From positions 3,230-67,229 of the forward strand of contig JBBEAX010000068.1 in assembly GCA_040882645.1 (NCBI GenBank): a DNA stretch of 64,000 nucleotides. Direction: 5' to 3'. Source of the stretch: Acidimicrobiia bacterium (GTDB lineage: Bacteria; Actinomycetota; Acidimicrobiia; Spongiisociales; UBA11373). The notes beneath the pieces were generated by a model, which did not search any database, was not told the origin of the DNA, and was given only the letters and a program-made list of their open reading frames with translations. The position numbers and the translations under genes are program-made. Below, in pieces: positions 20,185 through 29,597 of this stretch (position 1 is its first letter; each line of letters starts with the position of its first letter).

Positions 20185-20852
20185 CAGAAGGAGAACTGCT
20201 CTGGGTCGTAGTTGAACACCACGACGATCGAGAGAGGCTCCTTGCTGCGGACCTCCTCGAGGCCCTCGCAGATCACCTGCCCGACGAACCTGGGCATGAT
20301 CCGGTCGGGAGCGTTGGACGGCGACCCGAACGACGGAGGCAGCGTGGTGAATCCGAGGTCGACGAGCTCCAGCTCGCACTGTCCCGGCTTGGCCACGAAC
20401 AGCAGCCGGTTCCCGGCGAATGTGACCGAGAGCTGCTCACTGCGCGGATCGCCGAGGGGAAGCTCGCGGGCGAATACCGCGAGGGTCATGTCCTCATTGT
20501 CGGATCCGGCGATGTACTTCATGTCCAGGTCCAGCGTCGGTCCCTCCGTGACGCCGGTATCCGTCCACTCGCGATAGTCCACAATGCCCAGCGCGAACTC
20601 GCCTTCGATGACACCTGACGCCCTTATGTACGCGGTGCCCCCCGGCTCGTCCACGGCGAGGCGGCCGTAGAGCGCGTGGAGCACCTCGCCGGTGGTCAAG
20701 CCTTTCGTAGTCGTTGGTTCAAGCTCGAGATTGCCGAGTGCCTGCGGGAACGACGGGACGAAGGCGCGTCCCACGGTGTAGGACAGCGCCAGGATCAGGA
20801 CGAAACCGATGAGCCCCACGCCGACATCCCGGAGGGCGCGCCGGAATCGCAT
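20184..20852 (-). CDS. Membrane-anchored protein of unknown function, paralog 3 of 3
   Basis: The start MRFRRALRDV.. (ATG 20850-20852) overlaps the permease stop by 1 nt. Length is 222 aa. It has a TM helix and the motifs QCELELVDLG, FVGQVICEG and SIVVVFNY. Confidence 0.75.
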   Translation of the reverse strand: MRFRRALRDVGVGLIGFVLILALSYTVGRAFVPSFPQALGNLELEPTTTKGLTTGEVLHALYGRLAVDEPGGTAYIRASGVIEGEFALGIVDYREWTDTGVTEGPTLDLDMKYIAGSDNEDMTLAVFARELPLGDPRSEQLSVTFAGNRLLFVAKPGQCELELVDLGFTTLPPSFGSPSNAPDRIMPRFVGQVICEGLEEVRSKEPLSIVVVFNYDPEQFSF

Positions 20853-21787
20853 CAGATCCTCCGCGAGCCCCGCCGTGGGTCCGTGACCTCGCGCAAGCCG
20901 GAACTGATCATGTAGAAGGATGAGGCCAGCAACGAGATCGAGAGGGCCCCCGCCATCAGGGCGCTCCAGGGAACCGATGTCCCCAGCGCGGTCCGGTAGG
21001 TCAGCGCGTTGTAGACGAGATTCCCCAGCCCGTAGCGGTATTCGGCGATGCCGAGGAACTCGACGAATCCCTGGGTGACCAGGGCCCCAACCACCCCCGC
21101 CAGAACCACCACGGCCACGTGGGGGATGACATGCGGCACCACATGGTGGGTGATGATCCAACTGGGGCGGCCACCGACCGAACGAGCAGCATCGATGAAT
21201 GGCTTCTCCATCACGGATAGCGCACGCGACCTGACCACGATCGCCGCCGGGCCGAATCCGAAGAACAGGCCATAGAGCAGACCCAGAGCGAAGGGCCCGA
21301 GCAGGCCTCGTTTGCTGGCGATGAGGAAGATCAACGGCGGGGGCAGCAGAACGAACGCGTCGGCGACCTGGGTCATCACCCGGTCGTATTTCCCGCGGAA
21401 GTACGCCGAAGTCGTCCCGACCAAGAGTCCGATCACTCCGGCGCTGACGGCCGTCGCCACGGCGACGAGGAATGTCGGGCGGAGGCCGTAGGTCATCAGG
21501 CTGAGCACGTCGCGGCCCAGCGAATCCGTGCCCAGGAGATGATCGAGCGTGGGGCCGGACGGATGGCTGATCGCCGGGTCGTGCCCGGTCTCCGGTCGAT
21601 AGACCCCCGGTTTCGAGGACCAGATGGTGGCCTGGAGGACCGGATGGATGAAGGTGAGCACTGCGAAGACACCGAGAATCGCCACGCCGGCGACGACCAT
21701 CTTGCTCTGCCGGATCTTCTTCCTGGTGTCGGCCCATCCCTCGATCTCGTGGTCGTATTCGATCTCGACGGCAGTGTCGTCGGTCAT
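20852..21787 (-). CDS. ABC transporter permease, DppC/OppC-like
   Basis: A 311-aa multi-TM protein with ..LLGTDSLGRDVLS.. and the EAA-like region ..FIDAARSVGGRP.. typical of peptide/nickel-family permeases. Confidence 0.85.
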   Translation of the reverse strand: MTDDTAVEIEYDHEIEGWADTRKKIRQSKMVVAGVAILGVFAVLTFIHPVLQATIWSSKPGVYRPETGHDPAISHPSGPTLDHLLGTDSLGRDVLSLMTYGLRPTFLVAVATAVSAGVIGLLVGTTSAYFRGKYDRVMTQVADAFVLLPPPLIFLIASKRGLLGPFALGLLYGLFFGFGPAAIVVRSRALSVMEKPFIDAARSVGGRPSWIITHHVVPHVIPHVAVVVLAGVVGALVTQGFVEFLGIAEYRYGLGNLVYNALTYRTALGTSVPWSALMAGALSISLLASSFYMISSGLREVTDPRRGSRRI

Positions 21788-22944
21788 ACCGCCTCCCCCT
21801 CGATGCGGATTCGGGGATCGATCGTTGCCTGGATGGCGTCCAGCACGATCCTGAGCACCAGACCGAGCAGCCCCACGATCGTGAGTATCCCGATGATGAT
21901 CGGCGTGTTCCCGGACTCGATCGCTTGGAAGAAGAGGCTCGCCACCCCGTTCAAATGGAGCTCGCGTTCGATGATGATCAGTCCGGTGATCAGGTAGGGC
22001 ACGCTGGTGATCAGCCTCGAGATCGCCGGGAGCACCGCATTCGGCGCCACGTGGCGGTCACGGATGGAACGCTCCGGCAAGGCCTTGGCCCGGGCGGTGA
22101 ACACGTAGTCCTCGGTCATCTCTGCCGAAACCCCGGCACGCATCACGAGCATGCTCTCCCCGAATGCGATCAGCACGATGGCGATGGTCGCCACCACCGC
22201 ACTTGGCCACAGCAGCCGATCGATGGCCGCGGCCCACACGCCGAGCGAGAGCAAGGACGCCACGAAGGCCGCCAGGCCGATCGGAATGGCAAGCATCCCC
22301 AGCACCCGGCGGTCGTTACGCCAGGCCCAACCTCGCAAGAGGATGCCCCCCACGAACGCCGCCACCAGCCCTACCGCGAGCACGTTCAACAGTGGACCCT
22401 CTGGCACCGGGCCGAACGGCTTGGGGTCGAGACCGAACCAACTCCGCACCTGGAAGAGGCGGTCTTGACCGAAGTAGATGAGGAGGAACACCAGCCACGG
22501 CGGGAATGCGGTGAACAGCAGCACGCTCCCAGCGCTCGAGGCGCCGCTGAAGAAGCGATTGCGGCTCCACGCCACCACCCGCCCGATCCACTCGCCGAGC
22601 AGGTACGCCACCATCCCGCCGACGGCGAAGATGGCCACCGTGGTCGGGAGCACCGACGCCACCAGGGTCGACACGCGCTCGCCGTCGTAGGACTCCCCGA
22701 GGTCGGCCCGGACGAAGTTCGCCATGTAGACGAGCCATTGCACCACCAGGGGGCGGTCGGTCCCCAACTGCTCACGGATCGCTTCCACCGCCCGTGGCCG
22801 CTGCCCGACACCCACGGCGAAATCGAACGGCAGCAACAGGTTCACTGCAAAGAATGCGATCGAGGCGAGCAACACGAGCGTCACCAGGGCCCACAGAACC
22901 CGCCTGAGTACGAACCTCGTCATGAGAGTGCCGGACGGTAACAC
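21784..22944 (-). CDS. ABC transporter permease, DppB/OppB-like
   Basis: ..MTRFVLRRVLWALVTL.. is the classic DppB N-terminus, so the alternative ATG at 22923 is plausible. ..DYVFTARAKALPERSI.. is also present. An ATGA overlap links it to the next permease. Confidence 0.85.
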   Translation of the reverse strand: MLPSGTLMTRFVLRRVLWALVTLVLLASIAFFAVNLLLPFDFAVGVGQRPRAVEAIREQLGTDRPLVVQWLVYMANFVRADLGESYDGERVSTLVASVLPTTVAIFAVGGMVAYLLGEWIGRVVAWSRNRFFSGASSAGSVLLFTAFPPWLVFLLIYFGQDRLFQVRSWFGLDPKPFGPVPEGPLLNVLAVGLVAAFVGGILLRGWAWRNDRRVLGMLAIPIGLAAFVASLLSLGVWAAAIDRLLWPSAVVATIAIVLIAFGESMLVMRAGVSAEMTEDYVFTARAKALPERSIRDRHVAPNAVLPAISRLITSVPYLITGLIIIERELHLNGVASLFFQAIESGNTPIIIGILTIVGLLGLVLRIVLDAIQATIDPRIRIEGEAV

Positions 22945-23050
22945 CGAACACCAAACGGGTGACTCTTTCGAAGAGTGACCGGCGGACTACCGGATAGGCA
23001 CGATGAGATGAAGTCCCGGTGGGGGCTACTCTCACGGCGGCCTGACCCGG

Positions 23051-25180
23051 GTGGTGAGCTTGCGAGGAACCGTGGACGCTCCTTCCGCCGCAGGGGGTCC
23101 GATCCGGCGCGTGATGGCGGCCACCGATCGTTCCCCAACCGGCGACGCCGCCGCGACCTGGGCGGCGGCCCTCGCCAATCGTCATGAGGCTGTTCTCCGT
23201 CTGGTACAAGTGGTGATCCCGCAGCCTCCCACCGCGGAGATAGCCGCCGACGCTGCGGCCGGGACGAGTGCCCTGACCGAACGGGTCGACCTCCTCGCCG
23301 ATCAACTCCGAGGCTTTGCCGCCGAACTCGCCGGATCCCGGGGCGAGTCCATCGTCGTAGTCGATGACGATCCGGCGCGCGCCCTGCTCGAGGAAGCGCA
23401 CCGGGCGGAGATCGACACGATCGTGGTCGGCAATGCCGGCATGAGCGGCCGCAAGGAGTTCCTGCTCGGGAACATCCCCAACCGGATTTCGCACAACGCC
23501 ACCTGCACCGTGATCATCGTCAACACCGCCGGCGCGGCGCAATCCCCTGGTTCGGTCCCCACCCTCCCCGGGCTGCTCAAGCCCGATCCGGAGCCCGTCG
23601 AACCCCATTTGCTCGGCCGCGCCACCCACCTTGCCGCGGTGATGGCGAAGCACGGGTTGCAGAGCCTCTTCGGCCGCGGACCCGACGATCCGCTCGAAGC
23701 GCAGCGGGCTCAGGCACGCCGTCTCCGCACTGCCCTCGAGGAGCTCGGCCCCACCTTTGCGAAGTTGGGGCAGATCCTGTCGACCCGCGCCGACCTGCTG
23801 CCACCCGTGTTCATCGAAGAGCTCTCGATGCTCCAGGACAACGCTCGACCGCTCACCGAGGAAGAGGTGGTCGGCGTCGCCGAAGCGGAGTTGGGGGTTC
23901 CCTGGGAGGACGTATTCGAGAGCATCGAGCGGAAGCCGATGGCTGCGGGCACGATCGCCCAGGTACACGGGGCGATCACCGCAGACGGTCGTCGGGTGGT
24001 GGTGAAGATTCAGCGTCCGACGGCTCGCGAAGACATCATGCAGGACCTGGCGCTGCTCGAAGTGCTTGCCGAGAAGACCGATAAGCGGCCCGCTTTGCGC
24101 GAGGTCGTGGACATGCCGGCCGTTTTCGAGCACCTCTCCGCCTCGCTGCAGCGGGAACTCGACTTTCGCAACGAGGCCGCCAACATCGAACGCATGCGGC
24201 GGGTGCTCGCCCCGTACCCCCGGATCGATGTGCCCCAGGTAGACCACGAACTCACCACCGAACGACTCCTGGTGATGGAGCGGATCGACGGTGTGGCGAT
24301 TCGCAACGCCCCTGACAGCCCGGCCCGCAAGGAGGCGGCCCGTCAGCTTCTCGAGTCTTTCTACCGGCAGATCATGTCCGAAGGCTTCTTCCATGCCGAC
24401 CCGCACCCCGGCAACCTCATGTGGGCCGATGACAAGGTATACCTGCTCGACCTCGGGATGGTCGGTTTGCTCGAGCCGGACCTCCGTGAGCAGCTCATGC
24501 TGTTGTTGCTGGCCTTCTGGCAGGAGGACGTGAGCTTCCTCACCGATGTCACCCTGATGCTGGCTGCCGGCGCCGAGCGCGACGATCTCGATGTCGGTGC
24601 GATCGAGGCCGAATTGGGATCGCTGATGGCGAGGTATCGCGATGTGCCCCTCAGCGAGCTGCAGCTTGGCCCAATCCTCCAGGAGATGACCGAGATCTCG
24701 ATCCGCCACCGGATTCCCCTTCCTGCCTCGATGACGCTCACCGCCAAGGCGATGGCACAGATGCAGCTGGCGACCGGTGAGTTGGATCCCGACCTCGACC
24801 CGTTCGACGTGGCCGGGAAGTTCCTGATGCGGACCCTGACCGGCGGCATCCGCGAGAAGATCAACCCGCAGCGGATGTTCTATCAAGCCCAGAAACTCAA
24901 GGTCAGGGTCACCCGCATGGTGGAGGCCATCGAGCGCCTTGTTGGGGCGCGGCCCGGTCCCAGGATGAGGATCGACTTCGGCGCCGAGAAGCTCGAGGCG
25001 ACCGTTCGTCGCGCCGGCTATCGGCTGACATTCGGCCTGATCGCCGCCGGAGCGCTGCTGGGCGCGGCGATCGCCTCGACTGCCGACCGGACCTCCGACT
25101 GGCTCCCGGTGACTCTGGTGGTCACCGCGTTCGCCTTTGTGCTCGCCCTGCTGGTGGACATGCTCCGCCGCCGGGACTGA
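23051..25180 (+). CDS. Universal stress protein domain fused to an ABC1/UbiB-family atypical kinase, with C-terminal TM helices
   Basis: The N-terminus has ..VMAATDRSPTGDAAATWAA...IVVGNAGMSGRKEFLLGNIPNRISHNATCTVIIVNT (USP). The rest has ..FAKLGQILSTRADLLP.., ..AAGTIAQVH.. and ..FFHADPHPGNL.. (UbiB/ABC1). The start may be ATG 23114. Confidence 0.85.
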   Translation: MVSLRGTVDAPSAAGGPIRRVMAATDRSPTGDAAATWAAALANRHEAVLRLVQVVIPQPPTAEIAADAAAGTSALTERVDLLADQLRGFAAELAGSRGESIVVVDDDPARALLEEAHRAEIDTIVVGNAGMSGRKEFLLGNIPNRISHNATCTVIIVNTAGAAQSPGSVPTLPGLLKPDPEPVEPHLLGRATHLAAVMAKHGLQSLFGRGPDDPLEAQRAQARRLRTALEELGPTFAKLGQILSTRADLLPPVFIEELSMLQDNARPLTEEEVVGVAEAELGVPWEDVFESIERKPMAAGTIAQVHGAITADGRRVVVKIQRPTAREDIMQDLALLEVLAEKTDKRPALREVVDMPAVFEHLSASLQRELDFRNEAANIERMRRVLAPYPRIDVPQVDHELTTERLLVMERIDGVAIRNAPDSPARKEAARQLLESFYRQIMSEGFFHADPHPGNLMWADDKVYLLDLGMVGLLEPDLREQLMLLLLAFWQEDVSFLTDVTLMLAAGAERDDLDVGAIEAELGSLMARYRDVPLSELQLGPILQEMTEISIRHRIPLPASMTLTAKAMAQMQLATGELDPDLDPFDVAGKFLMRTLTGGIREKINPQRMFYQAQKLKVRVTRMVEAIERLVGARPGPRMRIDFGAEKLEATVRRAGYRLTFGLIAAGALLGAAIASTADRTSDWLPVTLVVTAFAFVLALLVDMLRRRD

Positions 25181-25181
25181 G

Positions 25182-25322
25182 TCAGCCGCGCGCCTTCTTG
25201 GTCGCCTTCTTCAGTTTCCGTTCGGCAATCCAGACCAGCGCGGACATCCAGAAGCCGACAAAGCGGCGTTCGATGCGCCGCCAGATGGATCGGGGCTGCA
25301 GCCCCTGGTTGGTCCCCGCCAT
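25182..25322 (-). CDS. Possible 46-aa small membrane/basic protein (MAGTNQGLQPRSIWRRIERRFVGFWMSALVWIAERKLKKATKKARG)
   Basis: It is below the ORF-track cutoff. The ATG lies 18 nt downstream of the Trx-NHL stop on the same strand. Codons are GC3-rich, and a hydrophobic helix is followed by a Lys-rich tail. No RBS is evident. Confidence 0.3.
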   Translation of the reverse strand: MAGTNQGLQPRSIWRRIERRFVGFWMSALVWIAERKLKKATKKARG

Positions 25323-25339
25323 CGAGCGAGCCTATCGGG

Positions 25340-27409
25340 TCAGTCGGGATCGGGCACTCGGTACGCCACCAAGACCGATTGCGGCCCACTGGGGCCAACG
25401 ACCACGGGAATCTCGAGGACGACCTGATGCACGAGACAAAGCTCAGTCGACTCCTCGGTGCAGTAGTACACCGTGAGCTCCCCGCGCAGGGTCGCTTCCC
25501 CGGTAGACCAAGTGACCGGGATCTCCAGCGGCAGCCCCGGCTCCACGATCGAGACGAGTGGATGGTCGCCGAAATCGGCAGCATCACCCTCGACCGACCA
25601 CGCGATGGTCAAGGGAGCGATGTCGTTCAGCTTGTAGCCCGCCGGAAGCATGAGGTCGAGCACGATCTGCCCCGCACCAGGCCCGGCGGCCACCGCCCCG
25701 ATCTCGAAGGTGGCCGGGCCTCCATCTGCGCCGGTGTAGGGAAAGCGCTCAATCCCATACAACACCAGGGTCTCGGTTTCACCGGTCGTCGCATCCACCC
25801 GGCGAATCACGTGGTTGTTGGTGTCGGCGACATAGAGGGACCCGTTGGCGAACGAGACGCCCCCCGGCTCCGAGAAGCGCGGCTCCAGCCCATCGGCCCA
25901 GCCCTGATCTCCCCCGGCGAGGGTGGTCACCGCCCCGCTCGCCAGATCGATCACCCGCAGGGCCGAGTTGTAGGTGTCGGCGACAAAGAGCAGTCCGTCG
26001 ACGTGCACGACCCCGAGAGGATGCTGAAAGCGGGCTTCCGGTCCGACTCCATCGACCAAGCCGAAGTCGAAGAGGTTCTTCGGCGTGCCGGCCAGGAGAC
26101 CCACCTCGCCATCCGCGCCCGGGTCGGCCCAGCGGATCGACGACGACTCCGAGTCGGCGAAATAGATCCGCCCTGCGCCATCGATGGCGAGGCCGCTCGG
26201 CTGGGCCAGCTCGGCGAAGAGACGCGGGCCATTCAGCACGCTCTCCCCTCCAGTGCCTGCAAAGGGATCGAACCTGGCCGAACCCAGGTCCAGCGTCCAC
26301 AGCTGGTGCGAGCCGGCCATGGCGATGTAGAGCACCTCGCCGTCCACGAGGAGATCCCATGGGGAGGAGAGCTCCACATCGGGCGCAATGCCCGGGCGAG
26401 GTGGATAGGTCGAAGACTGCTGCCCATTGCCCAGCAGCGTCGTCACCGACCGCGAGGCGAGGTCGAGAGCACGGATCGCGTGGTTGCCCACGTCGGCCAC
26501 CAAGAGGGTGCGCCCCCCATCGACGAGCGCCATCCCCTGTGGTTGGTCGAAGGACGCGGCCGCGAAGTCGCCTCCCTCGAGGCCGCGCGCTCCGGAGCCA
26601 GCCACATCGATGACCTCGCCGGTCTCCAAGTCGGCGACCACGATGCGATGGTGGTTGGTGTCGGCAACGAACAGGCGGCCACCGACAGGGTCGGCGAGAA
26701 CCTTGCCCGGAAACGACAACACGGTGTCGGGTGCCCGCTCGACATCCAGGTCGATCGGGATGCGGTTGATCAGTCCTCGCTCGTCGAACTCCTCGACGAG
26801 CGAGTCGATCACGGGTTGGAAGATCGGGTAAATCCCCTCGCCAGCGTGGCCACCCACGATGTTGCCGGCCGGGTCGATGAGCACGACGGTCGGCCAGGCG
26901 TTGGCGCCCCAATCACGCCACACCGCAAAGTCGCTGTCATTGACCACCGGATGCTCCAGCCCGTAGCGCCGGATGATGTCGCGGATGTTCTCGGTGTCGC
27001 CTTCATTGGCAAACTTTGCACTGTGGACCCCGATCACGACCAACTCGTCGGCGTACTCCGCCTCGAGCCGCTTCAGGTCGGGGATGATGTGGATGCAGTT
27101 GATGCACCCGTAGGTCCAGAAGTCGATCAAGACCAGCTTGCCGCGCAGCTCGGCGAGGCTCAGAGGACGCTCGACGTTGAGCCACTCGAGACCATCGGGA
27201 AACTCCGGAGCGGGAGTCGTGCCGGCAAACGAGTCGGTGTCACCGCCTTGTGCCGTAGTAGAGCTCGACGGCGTCAGGACCGGGCCGTTCCCGGTGGACC
27301 CGTCGCTGCACGCTGACGCCGCCATCAGCAGGGCGACCACGAAGAAGAGCCGATGATTCACGGGAAGCCAACGCCGCGGGCACCGCCGACCGTTCCCCCA
27401 CGAAATCAC
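25340..27409 (-). CDS. Secreted/lipoprotein thioredoxin-like (TlpA/ResA-type CxxC) domain fused to an NHL-repeat beta-propeller (NHLRC2-like)
   Basis: Has a signal-like N-terminus (..LFFVVALLMAASAC) and FWTYGCINCIH (CxxC). Repeated ..L.FP.GV..D..G.L.VADT.NH.I.. NHL motifs follow. The GTG start overlaps the fadD stop (GTGA). Confidence 0.85.
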   Translation of the reverse strand: MISWGNGRRCPRRWLPVNHRLFFVVALLMAASACSDGSTGNGPVLTPSSSTTAQGGDTDSFAGTTPAPEFPDGLEWLNVERPLSLAELRGKLVLIDFWTYGCINCIHIIPDLKRLEAEYADELVVIGVHSAKFANEGDTENIRDIIRRYGLEHPVVNDSDFAVWRDWGANAWPTVVLIDPAGNIVGGHAGEGIYPIFQPVIDSLVEEFDERGLINRIPIDLDVERAPDTVLSFPGKVLADPVGGRLFVADTNHHRIVVADLETGEVIDVAGSGARGLEGGDFAAASFDQPQGMALVDGGRTLLVADVGNHAIRALDLASRSVTTLLGNGQQSSTYPPRPGIAPDVELSSPWDLLVDGEVLYIAMAGSHQLWTLDLGSARFDPFAGTGGESVLNGPRLFAELAQPSGLAIDGAGRIYFADSESSSIRWADPGADGEVGLLAGTPKNLFDFGLVDGVGPEARFQHPLGVVHVDGLLFVADTYNSALRVIDLASGAVTTLAGGDQGWADGLEPRFSEPGGVSFANGSLYVADTNNHVIRRVDATTGETETLVLYGIERFPYTGADGGPATFEIGAVAAGPGAGQIVLDLMLPAGYKLNDIAPLTIAWSVEGDAADFGDHPLVSIVEPGLPLEIPVTWSTGEATLRGELTVYYCTEESTELCLVHQVVLEIPVVVGPSGPQSVLVAYRVPDPD

Positions 27410-29187
27410 GCGTCGTCGCGGTACAAGGCTTCGATCTCGTCGGCGAAGTGCTCGACGACCACGTTGCGTCGCACCTTGAGCGTTCCGGTGAGCTCGCCGT
27501 CGTCGATCGAGAAATCGCGAGGCAGAATGGCGAACTTCTTCACTTGTTCCACCCGGGCGTAGCGCGAGTTCACCCTGTCGAACGTCTCCTGGATCCGGGC
27601 CCGGATCGCGTCCGACTTGTGGAGCGGTCCCGAGACGCCGTGCTCCGAGGCGTAGGCATCGGCGACGTCGGGGGCAAGAGTGACCAGAGCGGTGATGAAC
27701 TTGCGGCGGTCACCGATCAGTACCGCCTCGGAGATCATCATGTCGTCTTTGAGGTGCGTCTCGATGTCGCTGGGGGCGATGTTCTTCCCGCCGGCAGTGA
27801 TGATGATGTCCTTCTTGCGGCCGGTGATCGTCAAGAAACCCTCGTCGTCGAACTCGCCGATGTCGCCCGAGTGCAGCCATCTGTCCTTGACGGTCTCTGC
27901 CGTCGCGTCGGCGTTCTTGTAGTACCCGGCGAAGACGTTCCCCCCTCGCACCAGCACCTCGCCGTCGTCAGCCACCACTACGTCGCATCCGGGAAATGCC
28001 AATCCGACCGTCCCGAACTTCGTCGCCCCCGGCTGGTTGAACGTACTCGGACCAGAGCCCTCCGACTGCCCGTACACCTCGAGGATGCTGAGGCCGAAGC
28101 CGGCGAAGAACTCGAGGACTTCGGTGGAGATGGGCGCGGCACCGCTCACCGCGGCGGTGCAGCGGTCCAGGCCGACCGCCGCCCGCACTTTGTTGCCGAC
28201 GAGCTTGTCGGCGACGCCCTGCTGTATCGCCAGCCCTGCGGGCAGCCGCTTTCCGGCGTTGATGTAGTCGACGGCCTCGCCGTTCACCCGCTGCGCCCAG
28301 GAAGCGATCCGTGCCTTCGGTCCACGGGCCTCACCGAGTTTGGCCGCGATGCCAGCGTGGAACTTCTCCCAAACCCGCGGGACCGCAAAGAACACCGTCG
28401 GGCGGACTTCCTTGAGGTTTTCGGCCAGCGCCTCGATCGACTCGGCGAAATAGACCGGCCAGCCCACCGAGATCGGAATGTGGATCGAGAACATCTGCTC
28501 GGCGATGTGACTCAGCGGAAGGTACGAGACGGTGCAATCGTCCGAGGACAGACTGGGCAGCACCGAGTGCGCTTGGTCGGCGGTCCAGGTGAGGTTGGAG
28601 TGGGTCAGCATCACGCCCTTGGGAGGCCCAGTCGTGCCCGAGGTGTAGATGAGGGTCGCCAGACCCGATGGTTCCAGCGATGCGACGCGGTCGAAGAACT
28701 CGGAGTCGCTCACACCGTCCCCCACCGTCAGGAACTCGTCCCACGCGAGCACCTGGGCATCATCGACCACCGGGGCACCGCGCATGGTCACGATCCACGC
28801 GAGGTGCGGTAGCTCACTTCTTACGGCGAGCACCTTCTCGAGTTGGACCTTGTTCTCGACCAGGATCACCGGGGCTTCGGAGTGCCCGGCGACATAGGCG
28901 ACCTCCTCCGGTGACGAGGTGGTGTAGATCCCGGCCGGCGCCCCGCCGACGGCCATGCAGGCGACGTCGAGAATCACCCATTCGGGACGATTGAAGCCGA
29001 GGATCGCCACGTGCCGTCCAGGCTCGAACCCGGACGCTATCAGTGCCTTTCCCGCCCGCCTGACCTGATCGGCGCATTCGGACCACGACGTGGCCCGATA
29101 CTCGCCGTCGAACTTTTCGTAGTATGCCGGGCTACCCGGCCGCATCTCGGCCTGCCGCAGCAGCCGGGCGGGAATCGTGTCGGCCAC
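27406..29187 (-). CDS. fadD: AMP-dependent long-chain fatty-acid-CoA ligase
   Basis: IYTSGTTGPPKGVMLTHSN (AMP-binding motif I), ..GDIGEFDDEGFLTITGRKKD.. and a 593-aa length. Confidence 0.9.
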   Translation of the reverse strand: MADTIPARLLRQAEMRPGSPAYYEKFDGEYRATSWSECADQVRRAGKALIASGFEPGRHVAILGFNRPEWVILDVACMAVGGAPAGIYTTSSPEEVAYVAGHSEAPVILVENKVQLEKVLAVRSELPHLAWIVTMRGAPVVDDAQVLAWDEFLTVGDGVSDSEFFDRVASLEPSGLATLIYTSGTTGPPKGVMLTHSNLTWTADQAHSVLPSLSSDDCTVSYLPLSHIAEQMFSIHIPISVGWPVYFAESIEALAENLKEVRPTVFFAVPRVWEKFHAGIAAKLGEARGPKARIASWAQRVNGEAVDYINAGKRLPAGLAIQQGVADKLVGNKVRAAVGLDRCTAAVSGAAPISTEVLEFFAGFGLSILEVYGQSEGSGPSTFNQPGATKFGTVGLAFPGCDVVVADDGEVLVRGGNVFAGYYKNADATAETVKDRWLHSGDIGEFDDEGFLTITGRKKDIIITAGGKNIAPSDIETHLKDDMMISEAVLIGDRRKFITALVTLAPDVADAYASEHGVSGPLHKSDAIRARIQETFDRVNSRYARVEQVKKFAILPRDFSIDDGELTGTLKVRRNVVVEHFADEIEALYRDDA

Positions 29188-29569
29188 GTGACCTCCGTTG
29201 GGGAACGAGCAGATCGTACCCGGCCCTCGAACGAGGAATCAGCTGCGGGCTCACTTCGCGCTCCATGGCCCTGATCTGACATTCGGCCCTATTGCCGACT
29301 GCCTTCCGCCTGGGAATCTGGGGTCGGTTGCCGGTGCGGAGGATCCGGGTGACGCCCACGAACCGCACACTGGCCGAACGGGTGCGGTCAAGCACCACAA
29401 CGGCGGTGGACGGGCCCCGTCACTGACGGGAGATCGCAGGGCTCTCGACTCGGGGCATTCCACACGCTTGGCCGGCCGACCCGGTGTCTCGTGCGACGCC
29501 AGGTGCGGCGGGTTCACCGGACGGAGACGGATCCTCCCACCGGCCGTTCCTCCTCCGGAACTGAGACCA

Positions 29570-29597
29570 CCGGGACGCCTCGCAAGAGGCGTCCCGG
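29570..29597 (-). terminator. Strong hairpin (12-bp stem, GCAA/TTGC loop) about 100 nt downstream of the M23 peptidase gene
   Basis: CCGGGACGCCTC GCAA GAGGCGTCCCGG. There is no clear U-tract on the - strand, so terminator function is inferred only. Confidence 0.35.

Noticed and set aside
22772-24886. 704-aa ORF on the - strand
   Set aside because: It is entirely antisense to the well-supported USP::UbiB gene. The composition is Arg/Gly/His/Pro-rich, as is typical of wrong-frame ORFs in high-GC DNA. No recognisable motifs.
25379-27316. 645-aa + strand ORF
   Set aside because: Antisense to the thioredoxin/NHL gene, with no motifs. A high-GC artefact.
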